Assembly (NCBI GenBank): GCA_030141605.1
Contig: JAQGDQ010000519.1
Coordinates: 92,611 to 156,610 of the forward strand
DNA from: Tubiluchus corallicola
Taxonomy: Eukaryota; Animalia; Priapulida
Length of the DNA stretch: 64,000 nucleotides
Direction of reading: 5' to 3'
The notes below the pieces were generated by a model. It did not search any database. It had not been told where the DNA came from and saw only the letters and a program-made list of their open reading frames with translations. The first letter of the stretch is position 1; each line of letters begins with the position of its first letter. Positions 22,736 through 33,900 of the stretch are shown here, piece by piece. The translations under genes were made by a program, and so were the position numbers.

Positions 22736-24514
22736 ATGTGGGTTTCACCGTCATTTGATGACAACAAAATTGACATTGATTTGCCGAAAGTGAAACGAAA
22801 ACGGTCAAAATGTGATGCCATAGTTAATTCAGCTAAACACAAACTGAGCGCACATCATCTAAAGAAGACAAATTCTGAAATTTGGTCAGACAAACATGCA
22901 CCTGGCACAGTCGATGAGCTGGCAGTACATAAAAAGAAGGTCGAAGAAGTATCAACCTGGCTGAAATCCCAATGTTTACCCCTTGGCCAAAAACGACCTG
23001 CCATGCTGCTTCTGCAAGGTCCTCCTGGCACTGGTAAGAGCACCACATTAAGGACATTAGCCTCTGAGATGGGACTTGAAATCAGAGAATGGATAAATCC
23101 ATTAACGTTTGACTATCACGCAAACGATAAATCTTCAGCATTTCGTTACGAATCTCAAGTTACACTATTCCAAGACTTCCTACTTCGTGCTAATAAATAT
23201 CCTTCCTTACAGCTTTCCACACATACCCGACTCGCAGAAAAAATCGTGCTTGTCGAAGATTTTCCAAACACTTTTTTTCGAGACGCTGCTGCTTTTCACA
23301 ATGTCCTTAGGAAGTATGGTTCTGGGCGTAGTCCGCTTGTATTTATAGTGAGTGATAGTTTGAGCGGTGATTCAAATGCGCTGAGGCTGTTTCCTCCAGC
23401 ACTAGTAGAAGAACTTGGCATCCGTTCCATTACATTTAATCCGATTACGGTGCCAAACATGGTAAAAGTGATGAAGAGAATATGTGCCATTGAAGTAAAT
23501 GGAGGGACAAATGTTCTCACAGACAACGATTTGGAGTCCATAGCTCACAGCAGCTTAGGAGACATTCGGGCAGCTGTGAATTCATTGCAGTTTGTTATGT
23601 TAAACAATGAAAATGTGGCAACCTCTTGTGAGCTGCAAAATAACAACTTCAAAAAAGAGACAAAATCTAGAAATTTCAGAAATAAATCGTCAAAGGCAGA
23701 TAGGAAGCATCTTCCTAAGAAAACGCCATTCGCAGATAAATCATTCATGGGTATTGGTGCCAAAGATCAGGGGCTGTTTCTCTTTCGTGCTCTGGGAAGG
23801 ATACTCTATTGCAAACGTGACTTGCCTGGAACTAAAGCAGATACTCCATCCCTTCCTCTACATCTGACGGAAAATGAACGGAGTCCTCTTCTGTACAATC
23901 CGGAGGACATTGTTGAACAAAGTCACCTCTCACCAGAGTTATTTACTTTGTACTTACAACAGAACTTCCTTCATTTCTGTCATGATCTCGGTTGTGCGGT
24001 CAGTGCTAGTTCATATTTCTCCGATGCCGATCTGCTTGCAGGTGACTGGTCGAACCGGACCGCGTTAGACGAGTATGCAGGGTGCGTTGGGACACGTGGC
24101 TTCATGTTCTCCAACTTGGGCACGAGCGAAAAACCTTCCTGGAAGCCTCTCCATAAGACTCAGTGGTTTGGTGCTCGCAGGAAAGCCCAGGAAAACATGC
24201 AGCAGGTTTGCTCACTGTTCCGGACTCTTTCCTGCACGCCACAAGAACTAGTCACCCAGCGGCTTTCTTATCGTGTCCTTAATAAACAGGCTGTGATAAC
24301 CTCGCCACTTAGAACGTTACTTCAGCAGCTTACCTCCTTTAGAAAAGTTGCTGTATCAAGCGATAAACTTAGTGAAAAAGACGTAACAGTGCAAGACGAA
24401 GACGACGATCGCATTGGAAGTGTAATTACTGCTGAAGATGTAGGAAGTGAGTTAGATGTACGAATGGATCCAGATGAGGACGATGTAGTCATTGAAGATT
24501 TTGATGAGTATTAG
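22736..24514 (+). CDS. RAD17: Cell-cycle checkpoint protein RAD17 (9-1-1 clamp loader subunit), single coding exon, about 592 aa
   Basis: Motifs: N-terminal WVSPSFDD, W.DKH.P....ELAVHKKKVEEV..WL, Walker A GPPGTGKST, KYxxL (KYPSL), Walker B-like VEDFP, GDIRAAVNSLQF, LFLFRALGRILYCKR, acidic tail IEDFDEY. First in-frame ATG at 22736; acceptor ttttttcag at 22649 in the 5' UTR. Confidence 0.95.
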   Translation: MWVSPSFDDNKIDIDLPKVKRKRSKCDAIVNSAKHKLSAHHLKKTNSEIWSDKHAPGTVDELAVHKKKVEEVSTWLKSQCLPLGQKRPAMLLLQGPPGTGKSTTLRTLASEMGLEIREWINPLTFDYHANDKSSAFRYESQVTLFQDFLLRANKYPSLQLSTHTRLAEKIVLVEDFPNTFFRDAAAFHNVLRKYGSGRSPLVFIVSDSLSGDSNALRLFPPALVEELGIRSITFNPITVPNMVKVMKRICAIEVNGGTNVLTDNDLESIAHSSLGDIRAAVNSLQFVMLNNENVATSCELQNNNFKKETKSRNFRNKSSKADRKHLPKKTPFADKSFMGIGAKDQGLFLFRALGRILYCKRDLPGTKADTPSLPLHLTENERSPLLYNPEDIVEQSHLSPELFTLYLQQNFLHFCHDLGCAVSASSYFSDADLLAGDWSNRTALDEYAGCVGTRGFMFSNLGTSEKPSWKPLHKTQWFGARRKAQENMQQVCSLFRTLSCTPQELVTQRLSYRVLNKQAVITSPLRTLLQQLTSFRKVAVSSDKLSEKDVTVQDEDDDRIGSVITAEDVGSELDVRMDPDEDDVVIEDFDEY

Positions 24515-24607
24515 CATTTTTAGAGTTCACAACAAATTCAAAGTACATAAAAATCTGTAGCTGGATTCAGTTATTAATGATTGGCTAAACCGGTTCTGTA
24601 ATCAGAG

Positions 24608-24856
24608 AGCGCCATCTGATTTTATTATTCAGTTCAGGAAACACTCATAAATTCACCATCCATCATCCAAAGTATTATAGATGTGAATTTATAATAAAAT
24701 TTTCTGTATTATATATACATTCGTTGCAATATTAGCGTCATCTGATTTTACTATTCAGGACAGGAAACACTGAAATTCACCAGGCACCATTCAAAGTATC
24801 ATAACTGTGAGTTTGTAATAAAAATCTTCCGATTGACACATACATTAGTTGCAGTA
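24608..24856 (+). repeat. Tandem duplication of about 125 bp in the RAD17 3' UTR, each copy with AATAAA
   Basis: gcg(c/t)catctgatttta at about 24609 and 24735; AATAAA at about 24693 and 24817. Confidence 0.75.
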
Positions 24857-25967
24857 ATATTTCAGTTCACTCAAAGTTTGGCAAAAGTATTTGCGCACTA
24901 ACTGGAATGTGTCCAATTGGGTTGGGCTCGGGGAAATGTGTGAGTTAAACAATAATAGCTTTACTGATGGATGTCATCAATCACTGTATCTGTTGTTCAC
25001 TTATTGTGGAAACTATTTTTGTGCATTCAAATTTACTCCTATAAAGCTTTATAGTAGTACTTCATAATAGCTGTTTATTAAAGAAGAATTCACTGCATGA
25101 AACAATTGCAAGAAATTTCACTTATTTTTTGTGTCATGCTGTAATTTTGCCACGATGTCGCATTCAGAACTAAAACTGTCTAGTCTTTGTCTTGTCTTTT
25201 TTTAAGTCTTTTTTTGGTCAATAATCTTTAATTGCTAATCGCTGCATGAAGTAATACACTTGCATAATTGTTTATGTATAGTTCTATATTGTTCATATAA
25301 AAAACATTACATTTTTGTCGGAGGAACTATAGCAGCACATTATTTTTCTGTGGCGAGAATGTTGCCTAAACCAATTAACACATAAATGTCACAATAAGAG
25401 CTCGCTGTTTATAATTAATGTCCAAGTTCTGCATTTCGTATTCATATATTTAATTCTAAACTGATTTTACATATTAATCTATTAAAATACTTTTTCGACG
25501 CTAAAGTAAGACCTAACAGGCCTGCATAAAATACTATAAAGATAATCATTATTGAAACAAGTCACAATAGCTATTCCATTGAAAACGGCAAAATGTATAA
25601 ACCAGCGACTATATCTGATCATGTGCACTAGATGCCTATATTCATGAGAAGATTTAATCAACTAGACCCCCTTCGGTTGATCTACTTGTCTCCTTTAGAA
25701 GTTTACAATTATTTCACTATTTTCATTATACTAGCTTACTAATTACCTGCTTGTTATGCCTGCCTGCTATATTAACATTAATAATGTATTTACATTTATA
25801 TTAACATTTATCATAACTTTATTCAGCTTATTTTGTTGACTTGGATTTTAAAACCAATGTAGGTACACCTAGGCTGAAAGAATCACAGTTTATAGCATAA
25901 TACTGATAAGTCGTTTTTAGTAAAGCCTTGATGGTTCTCGGGATTTATACCTATTTCTAAGTATGCT

Positions 25968-26362
25968 AACAAAACTCTACTCTAACAGAATTCATCAGGT
26001 TAAAGGCGTGGTTTATATAGGCACCTACAATTAACAAAACTGTACTCTAACAGAATTCATCAGGTTAAAGGCGTGGTTTATATAGGCGCCTACAATTAAC
26101 AAAGCTCTACTCTAACAGAATTCATCAGGTTAAAGGTGTGGTTTATATAGGCGCCTACAATTAACAAAACTCTACTCTAACAGAATTCATCAGGTTAAAG
26201 GCGTGGTTCATATAGGCGCCTACAATTAACAAAACTCTACTCTAACAGAATTCATCAGGTTAAAGGCGTGGTTCATATAGGCGCCTACAATTAACAAAGC
26301 TCTACTCTAACAGAATTCATCAGGTTAAAGGCGTGGTTCATATAGGCACCTGCAATTAACAA
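25968..26362. repeat. 65-bp minisatellite, 6 copies
   Basis: tctaacagaattcatcagg recurs at 25981, 26046, 26111, 26176, 26241 and 26306. Confidence 0.95.
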
Positions 26363-26404
26363 ATCGATTGGTTGCTAAAAGAATATGGTGTATTTTGGAA
26401 AAAA

Positions 26405-26523
26405 CTACTTTTCAAGACAGATATTACAGGCCAGCCTGCAGTTTTTCAACATGATCCCGGGAAACACATCGCAATATCCGTTTCTTGCCCAATGTTCACA
26501 GTCAACGTTGTGATTTTTGCAAC
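26405..26523 (-). CDS. EF-hand/ShKT gene exon 5 (ShKT-3, terminal)
   Basis: ttgcag|GT TGC; CKNHNVDCEHWARNGYCDVFPGIMLKNCRLACNICLEK-stop. Too short to appear in the ORF track. Confidence 0.88.
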
Positions 26524-26636
26524 CTGCAATAACAAAAATACGAAATTATAATTCTTTAAATTTTAGTGAAACAGATACAGGTAATGAAGAAGCTTCCCCC
26601 CTCTCTTTCTGTGTCTCTCTCTCTCTCCCCTTTTCC

Positions 26637-26669
<33 letters not shown>

Positions 26670-29600
26670 TGCGTGCGTGTGTGTTCGTGTCTTGCTCTAT
26701 CTCTCTCTCCTTTCTGTCTTTCTCTCGCCCATCTCTCTCTCCCCTCTTCCACTGTTTTCCCCCCCTCTCTCTCTTCATCCATCTCTTTCTCACTCTGTTC
26801 TTCTCCCACTGCTTTTCCCTCTCTCTTGTTCTCCTGTATCTTTTACTCTGTTTCTCTCTCACTCTTCCTCTTGTTCATCCTCCCCTTCCACTTCATTTAC
26901 TTATGTGACTATTGCGTAGCTTTATTTATGTTGAACTTACCTCCAGGTACTCCACATACTCTGCATGACTTTTGGCAAGATTCTAGCATAAAACTGGGAT
27001 TTTTTGTGCAGTAGCCTTGCTTCACCCAAATTTCACAATCATTGACATCATCCTTGCATTCTGAAACGAGATACATTTCGTAGACAGTTCGCTTCACTGA
27101 GTCACTCATCAGAATTTAATTAATTGTGGTTGGCACCATCATCCATAATAACCTTATTATTAAAACTGTAATAATTAACTCATTTAAGTGATTAATTTTG
27201 ATCTGTAAATTAATCAAAATAAAAAATCAATCTACTTAGAATCATTCTAATGTGACAGATACAACACTGGAACACGTGTAAGAGATGAATTCGATCTGCA
27301 TTGATCACTGTATCGATTACTATTATTGCAAGGAATCATGGTGATTTAAGAAGTCTGCTTTGTGAACAGGGGTCCTTGGTTCAAATCCGGGTTTTATTCC
27401 AACTTTTTACATTTCTTGTCTTTCATGTTTGGTATCTAATTTAATTAATGGTGGATTTTTTTCAACGTGGTACCAATACAAGAACTGCTTATTACAAAAT
27501 TGTGGTAAGATCTTTGTGGCAAGCTGACGTTTACGTAGCATCCGGACGCATGCGCGTTTTCAACTGCGGGAAAAGGATAACGCATGCGCAGGCTGCATTG
27601 AAAACAATAAACCGATTTTTCATTTTAGAATCCTGCCTGACCAATGTCTACAATAGACGTGACGGGCGTATGATGATGATGATGATGATGATATCTATTC
27701 CGCACCCCCTGCAAACGCTCACGCGATTCGGTAATGATCTGCTACAATGTGAAAAACCCACAAGAAAGCTTACCGTTCTGTTCGGCGCAAAATTTGCATG
27801 ACATGCCACAGTGATCTGACATGAAATCACGAGCTACAGAGCAGTAACCCTCACCAGCCCAACGCTCACAATTACTATCGTAATCTCCACATTCTGTAAT
27901 GGAATGAGATAAAACGTTAAAAGAAAACAAAGCTACTATAAAAACATGCATGCACAAGTAGATACGTATGTTCAAGTGCCTCACATTCTCCTTCAGCGAG
28001 AAAAATATTCAGCGGTTTGGGGGTGGCAGTCAATTTTGCTTACCGTTTTACCCATACGTGCGCTCACCCCAACTGTTAAATTAGCTATGTCCCTCGCCCG
28101 CATTCCCGTAATAGTAAGTAAGATAAATAGTGATTATTACTACATACATTAAGTAATGCATTTCAGTGAATTTATGATAAGTAACGCCTTGATGGCAACA
28201 AGTGAAATAAATAAAGAACTTTTATTTTACATATAACAAGACATACACATTGTAGTCAGTTGACAAATAAATATTTAAATAGTGTGAGGAAAGGGAACGA
28301 CCATACAGCCTTTTCCTCGATAAAAGTACTTCTAAATAATTAACCTTTATTTTTCTCTTTGTTAATATTTTATTATTATGAATCTATCAACTATGCACTT
28401 AAGTGTTTTATGCACGTGTGGTCATCTTCTTTCTTGTCTATATAAATTTTGTGCGTTTTATTATTAATGATTTTAATCGTCAAAATCAATACGCCTGAAA
28501 ATTCTGGAAATGACTACTAGTATCTGTATCCAGGTGTTAACCAAAATTAATCCATATATCTCAAAGTCACCAAAAAACAATATGACACTTTCTAATTGTT
28601 CAGGATAATATTTCCTCATGAAAAATTTGCCTTTTATATGTTGAGATCAAACATGTAAATGTCTTTTTTACTCTTCTTTATTCAAGGCAATTCGCAAGTT
28701 CGCTGTTTTACAAAATAGTATAATTATTTTATTTTCTGTTTGTAATTTAGGCTTCTATACTATTTAAAATTTGATTAAAGGAGTTACTGGGAAAAAACTA
28801 AAATAAAAACACCATAATATTGTACTCGTAATAGCTTTGTTACTGCCCACAATGGTGATTAAAATTATTTCACTTTATATAGGGGAAGGGAGCAAAAGAC
28901 CGCATGGTCGCTCCCTTTCCCCACACTACTTAAATATTTACTTGTTAACTGACTACAATCTGTATGTCTTGTTATATGTAAAATAAAAGTTCTTTATTTA
29001 TTTCACTTATTGCCATCAAGGTGTTACTGATCATAAATTCACGTAAATGCATTACTTAATGTATGTAGTAATAATTACTATTTAACTTACTTACTATTAC
29101 CGGAATGCGGGCGAGGACATAGCTAATTTAACACTCGGGGTGAGCGCACGCATGGGTAAAACGGTAAGCAAAATTGATTGCCACCTACATGAGTTTGTAT
29201 TTTTATTGTTTTTTTGTGGATAGATGGCGCCAGCTGGTAAACCATAAGCAACAAAATCCATTGCTTTATCATATTATTATTTTACATTTTAAATAAAAAC
29301 GACCCCCACCCCCAAAAAAACCGCTGAATATTTTTCTCGCTGAAGGAGAATGCGAGGCACTTGAACATACGTATCTACTTGTTCTTTATCTCATTTTAAG
29401 CACTTATCCTTGATAGCTAGCTTGTAGTTATGCCAAAAACCTACCATTCATACCAACGTAAAATGTTGACCCAGTATTCACGACTTCACGACAAAAGCTC
29501 GTGATTTATAGGTTCGTCGAAACCATCGTATATTTAGATGGTTGTGGCGGGCTGGAATTTATTTTAGTACATGTATCTATAAGTCCTCTAAGGCAATGGG

Positions 29601-31794
29601 TCAGAAAACGTGTCCCAGCCACGTTCTAATACGTACACACCTTCCAGTATTAGCCATGCCCCATTCGACATACGCAGCACCTCAGTATGAGCTAATATAA
29701 TTTGCAATTGTCCCCAGATTCTCATCACAATGGCCTTTAGTCATAACCTACAGTAACAAGGACCCATGCGTGAAAACCTAGGCGCGGTTTCTGGCGCAGT
29801 CGAGAACGCTTCGTAAGTAAACTAGTCTGCTTGCACATGTGTTTTTCGTGTAACTTATCCACGTTGTTTGTACATATATACAATAAACGTGTAAAGGCAA
29901 TTAGTAGAACGGAGCTGATTTGTGCAATGGAGACTCCTCGTACTAAACGGCGTAATTTTATAGCAAAATAATTTCGTGAGAGGATCCAATTTATGTCTTG
30001 GTTGCTTGCAAACAATTGCTTTTTTAAATAAAGAATTATAACAAAAGGTTACTCCTAAAGACTGCACTGACTAGTTTTGGAGTTGGTCGTACGGCAAGAT
30101 TTGGTGTGAGCCTACGCAAGAACCGCAACAGGTTATTCTCACTGACTGTTTTGTTTCCAATAACATCAGTAAGATACAATAAACATTAAGCCTGGACGAT
30201 ATATTCAAACGAACACCTCGAAACACCTGGCAGTCATGGCTAACTTCGGTAGCTAAGCACACAAGTAACTGTTCGCCTATTATCTTCGCCCAAATGTGGC
30301 TATTACTTGTTACTAGGGGTGAGCATTCTCTACCGGAAAGCGAATTCGAATCGAACCGAATTTGTGACTTTCGAATTCGAATTGAACCGAAGTTCAGTGT
30401 TTCGAATTCGAACCGTATTCGAATTGAGATGGAAAGATTTTCGAACAAGTTTTCGAACCACCAGCAAAAATTAGTCTTACAAAGATCATGCGTATCACTA
30501 GATTTTGTTCTGCAATAAAACGACTAGCAATTTCTTTAAAATTGTGTGCAGAAATCACAGCTAAATTATGCTAATTGCATGATGTTTCAATCGTTTTAGT
30601 GATAAAGAACACGTGTGATTGAGGTGCTGAATTATTCGAATCTATAGTTTTGGATTCGAATCGAGTTCGAACTAAAAAAAACTCGTTCGATGCTCACCCC
30701 TAATTATTACTTACTTACCTCGGCACCTGACTTCATTTCTGTGCTCGTCCGGCCAAAACGGTGCGTCAGTGAATTCTTGGCACGTTACAAATCCGTCACC
30801 TGTTACACAAATCACACACCGTAACGAATTAGCAGTAATCTCAATAAGATTAGCATAGATATATTATAGCATTACTGATATTATGTTTTTATTACAGCAT
30901 TACTGATATTATGGCAGGTCTAAAACACATTTCTTTGAAGCTTTTGTAAAAGAATTAAAAGTACAGCTTATAAAAATAAACAACTGTGTATTTTATAGTT
31001 TATTAATCCACCTGCCTGTGTATTTTACCTCAGATCATCAAAAATCGCTCTGTAATTTTTTATATTATTAAGATATATTACGACTCCATTACACATTCGC
31101 TTGCTTATGTCTAAGAATTATGCTTGTGTTATAACGTATATTTCAGTTGCCATTGTTATTATGTTTCTGTTATCAGATTTTTATTTCAGTTCTTGTTTCA
31201 GTTCAGTTTTATTTCAGTTATTTTCAGTTTGACTTTTTTATTATGCACTTATTATTATTACTGTGTATGAATTGTACTAACACGTTATAAGCATATGAAT
31301 TTAATGTCATTCGTAACAATTAAATTTTTATTATAAGCAGTACTAACACTAATACACTGTAGCATAGCGCTTATAAAAAATGCTCATGACTAACCAAAGC
31401 GCAGCTGTCTAGATGACCAATTGGTCTTTCGCTGCCCTTTCTTCACATTTTTGTTTCCAAATTAATTGTATTATAACCGTGCGTGTGTTACAAGATAAAT
31501 AAAAAGGTTATTATTATTATTAATCCTACCGTTTGTGTCTGCATCATTAAAACTTGACACTATTTGACTATTGTTGTTCTGCAGTGTGTATATCACTTCA
31601 GTTAATGTCACTCTGCCGTCATTATTCAAATCAAACGTGGTGTGAATTATGAGCGTTCTGTTGTTTAACGCACTTTCATCCGTCGGCAAGAAAAATGGCT
31701 GAATATCTCGGCGTACAGAGGGAACTCCATTCCAACCACAAGAATCACAGATGACTACGAGAACTGCTGCAAACACTGCCAGCAAAGTTATCAT
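26405..31794 (-). CDS. Secreted EF-hand pair + 3x ShKT protein, 234 aa. Exons 31530-31794, 30719-30799, 27774-27893, 26941-27060, 26405-26523
   Basis: Four GT-AG phase-1 introns join into one frame of 705 nt. Order: signal MITLLAVFAAVLVVICDS, then CGWNGVPSV-RR, EF1 DLNNDGRVTLTE, EF2 DTNGDGFVTCQEF split across exons 1/2, then three six-Cys ShKT repeats (C.D...C..W...GYC......M...C..SC..C), stop TAG at 26405-26407. Confidence 0.8.
26597..26890. repeat. (CT)n/(GT)n low-complexity tract
   Basis: Directly visible. Confidence 0.9.
26941..27060 (-). CDS. EF-hand/ShKT gene exon 4 (ShKT-2)
   Basis: tttcag|AA TGC; donor GGAG|gtaagt; 120 nt; CKDDVNDCEIWVKQGYCTKNPSFMLESCQKSCRVC. Confidence 0.9.
27774..27893 (-). 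CDS. EF-hand/ShKT gene exon 3 (ShKT-1)
   Basis: Pyrimidine tract + attacag|AA TGT; donor AACG|gtaagc; 120 nt; CGDYDSNCERWAGEGYCSVARDFMSDHCGMSCKFC. Confidence 0.85.
27954..29382. mobile_element. Foldback-type long inverted repeat (arms about 27954-28316 and 28893-29382)
   Basis: Termini acaagtagatacgtatgttcaagtgcc and its exact reverse complement; arms align over about 350 bp, with an insertion of about 115 bp in the right arm. Confidence 0.8.
30314..30702 (+). mobile_element. hAT-like MITE (TTCGAA-rich) in intron 2 of the EF-hand/ShKT gene
   Basis: TIRs taggggtgagcat / atgctcaccccta; TSD cttgttac/attattac (6 of 8 match). Confidence 0.8.
30719..30799 (-). CDS. EF-hand/ShKT gene exon 2 (GDGFVTCQEFTDAPFWPDEHRNEVRCR)
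   Basis: taacag|GT ... CGAG|gtaagt; 81 nt, phase 1-1; completes the EF-hand loop DADTNGDGFVTCQE. Confidence 0.85.
31530..31794 (-). CDS. EF-hand/ShKT gene exon 1 (signal peptide, RR site, EF-hand 1, start of EF-hand 2)
   Basis: ATG at 31794, hydrophobic leader, DLNNDGRVTLTE; donor AACG|gtagga at 31530. Confidence 0.85.
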
Positions 31795-32179
31795 TCTCTC
31801 GAAGATTTACATCATTGCAAAAGATTCCGAATTGCATGTGACAAAGTAACTTTGTACAGCTTGTCACTGTTTAGAGTTACAGGAAGTTTGCTCAGATCAC
31901 AATGCCAGCCATTCTTTACTAATGTTATTTATTAAGCAAGCGAACGCAGCGTATTTTTCACCAGCACACGTTACAACAAACCAATCACGCCACGCTTGAG
32001 TTCACACTGCCCTTTGGCTAATTATGATCTGTTTGACGTAAAACTGAACACTCTTACTAGTTTTCGAAATTGTTAATTGTAGAAAAACTAGTTTCGATGA
32101 TCACTAGTAATAATCACAATATTTCTCAAGCTACTTGAGCTGATAGGCACTTCAAGGTTGTAAAAGTTATTACAACGTA

Positions 32180-32625
32180 TATGAATTATGAATTTATTCC
32201 ACAGCAACTCAAACATACATATAAATTGTTATTACATTGAAAAAAAATAAACTATGCGAGTTACTGTGAGGAGAAGGAAGGAGCATTGAGCTTTCGAGTC
32301 CTCCTCCAGATAAGTGAAGCAATTGACAATTAACATTACATAACATTTTCATCAGTTATAGCGTACATTAGAACAAAGTAAGTTTTGTTGGTAACTTACG
32401 GTCAGAATGAGTGAAATTGTGAGTTAATTATACCGTTGTAGTAGGTAATTCCTTGATGCTTTTTTTAAATTGATAAAGATTAAGAGTTTTCATTTCACGC
32501 CGAATTGATGACCATATTTTGACAGCATTATATTTTGATGACTGTTTCATTATATTTGTTTTTGGAAGGGGGAGTACATAGTTTTCGACTGAATATCTTG
32601 TGTAATGATCATGTTGATTATTAGT
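32180..32625 (-). mobile_element. L2/Daphne-like LINE 3' end, copy 1
   Basis: Near-identical to 49630-50060; AATAAA followed by a short ttcataa repeat tail on the minus strand. Confidence 0.75.
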
Positions 32626-32639
32626 ATGATGTATAGTAA

Positions 32640-33900
32640 GTAAGTAAGTAACATCTTTATTGCCATACTAATATTGAAAATCATAAAACATATTAAGATG
32701 CTCAGTCAGTGATAGTCAAGAAACATCAACTGCTGGAGGTCAGTGCAAAAACTAAAATACAGGAGTGAAAATAATAAGATGCAACTTTAAACTTAAACTT
32801 TACATATTTTACATATTTACAAACTGACTATCAGTAAAATTAAGTCGTTTAATATGGCCTGGAGTAAATGAATTCAGCATTAGTGTGTAAGTTGTCATAT
32901 TGGTAAGTTGCGTATTCAAATCTTGACGTCATTAATACTTTTGTTTTGGTTTTGAATGCGGTTAAAGATTTAAAACGTTTGATTTGCGACTGCCAGTAAA
33001 TTCCAGAGCCGGGCGGCGTTTTTTGCTATTGAATTGTTTCCAAATTGATTGTTTGTTCTAGTTTGTTTCCAAATTGATTGTTTGTTCTCGTTTGTTTCCA
33101 AATTGATTGTTTGTTCTAGTTTGTTTCAATTTAAATATTGTGGCGTTTAATTCAGGATTTTTGAGTAATGCTAATTTGCTACATTTGAAAGGAATACTTA
33201 AATTATTTATATATTTGAAAATGAATAATGATGTATGATAATAATCATGAATAATCTTTATGGGCTTCTATGATTGATATTTTCAGTTCATTTCTTACAA
33301 AATATGCATTTTTATGTTTGGCTTGTACTGATAATTTGTGTGACAAACCTAATATTTATTTTAGTATATAGTTTTGCAACATTTTTTTTTTATATAAAAT
33401 TTTCTCTTTTAGTTTTTTGCAAAAGTTCACAGTCGTATAAAAAATGTGGTAATACTAGTGTTTTGTGTATTAGTACTTTTGTATGTTTTGACAGTTGGCC
33501 TCTTATTTACCGTAAATATGAACTGCTTGCTGGCATTTTTGTGCATAGATGTTCTCGAATTGCTGATCCTGAATATATCCCGGATGTATCAGGATAGATT
33601 ACATGTATTTCTGTATAACATTCGGTAATTATAGATCTATCGTAGTCAGTCCTACCGCCAGTCTGAAAATGATGCACCAAACAGGCTTAAGCCGTTAGTT
33701 AGATCAACTTGACATTTGATCGAATTTTCATTAAAATTTCAACTACCATCTTTAAATTGTTTCGAATTTTGCAAGTTGAACATTGTGAAAATCTCTTTTT
33801 CAGTAGATATACAATACGAATATGAATTTCCATACTTTTTTAACTTCACAATATCTTACAATTTTAATTATTTGAATGAGAGTAAACTTAAAGCACAAAA
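32640..33900 (-). mobile_element. Degenerate L2-like LINE fragment, related to 41380-42130
   Basis: Minus strand reads ..KVLIHKTLVLPHF.YDC.. and ARLWNL; tail aataaagatg(ttac)n. The 33900 boundary is approximate. Confidence 0.55.

Noticed and set aside
25968-26362. Hammerhead ribozyme array (CTGATGA in each 65-bp unit on the minus strand)
   Set aside because: No stem II followed by GAAA and no matching cleavage-site helix could be found.
27742-27984. Independent single ShKT gene as given by the ORF track
   Set aside because: GTG start lies inside a repeat. A strong acceptor at 27893 gives a 120-nt exon matching the next one, and phase-compatible upstream exons exist. Kept only as a possible minor isoform.
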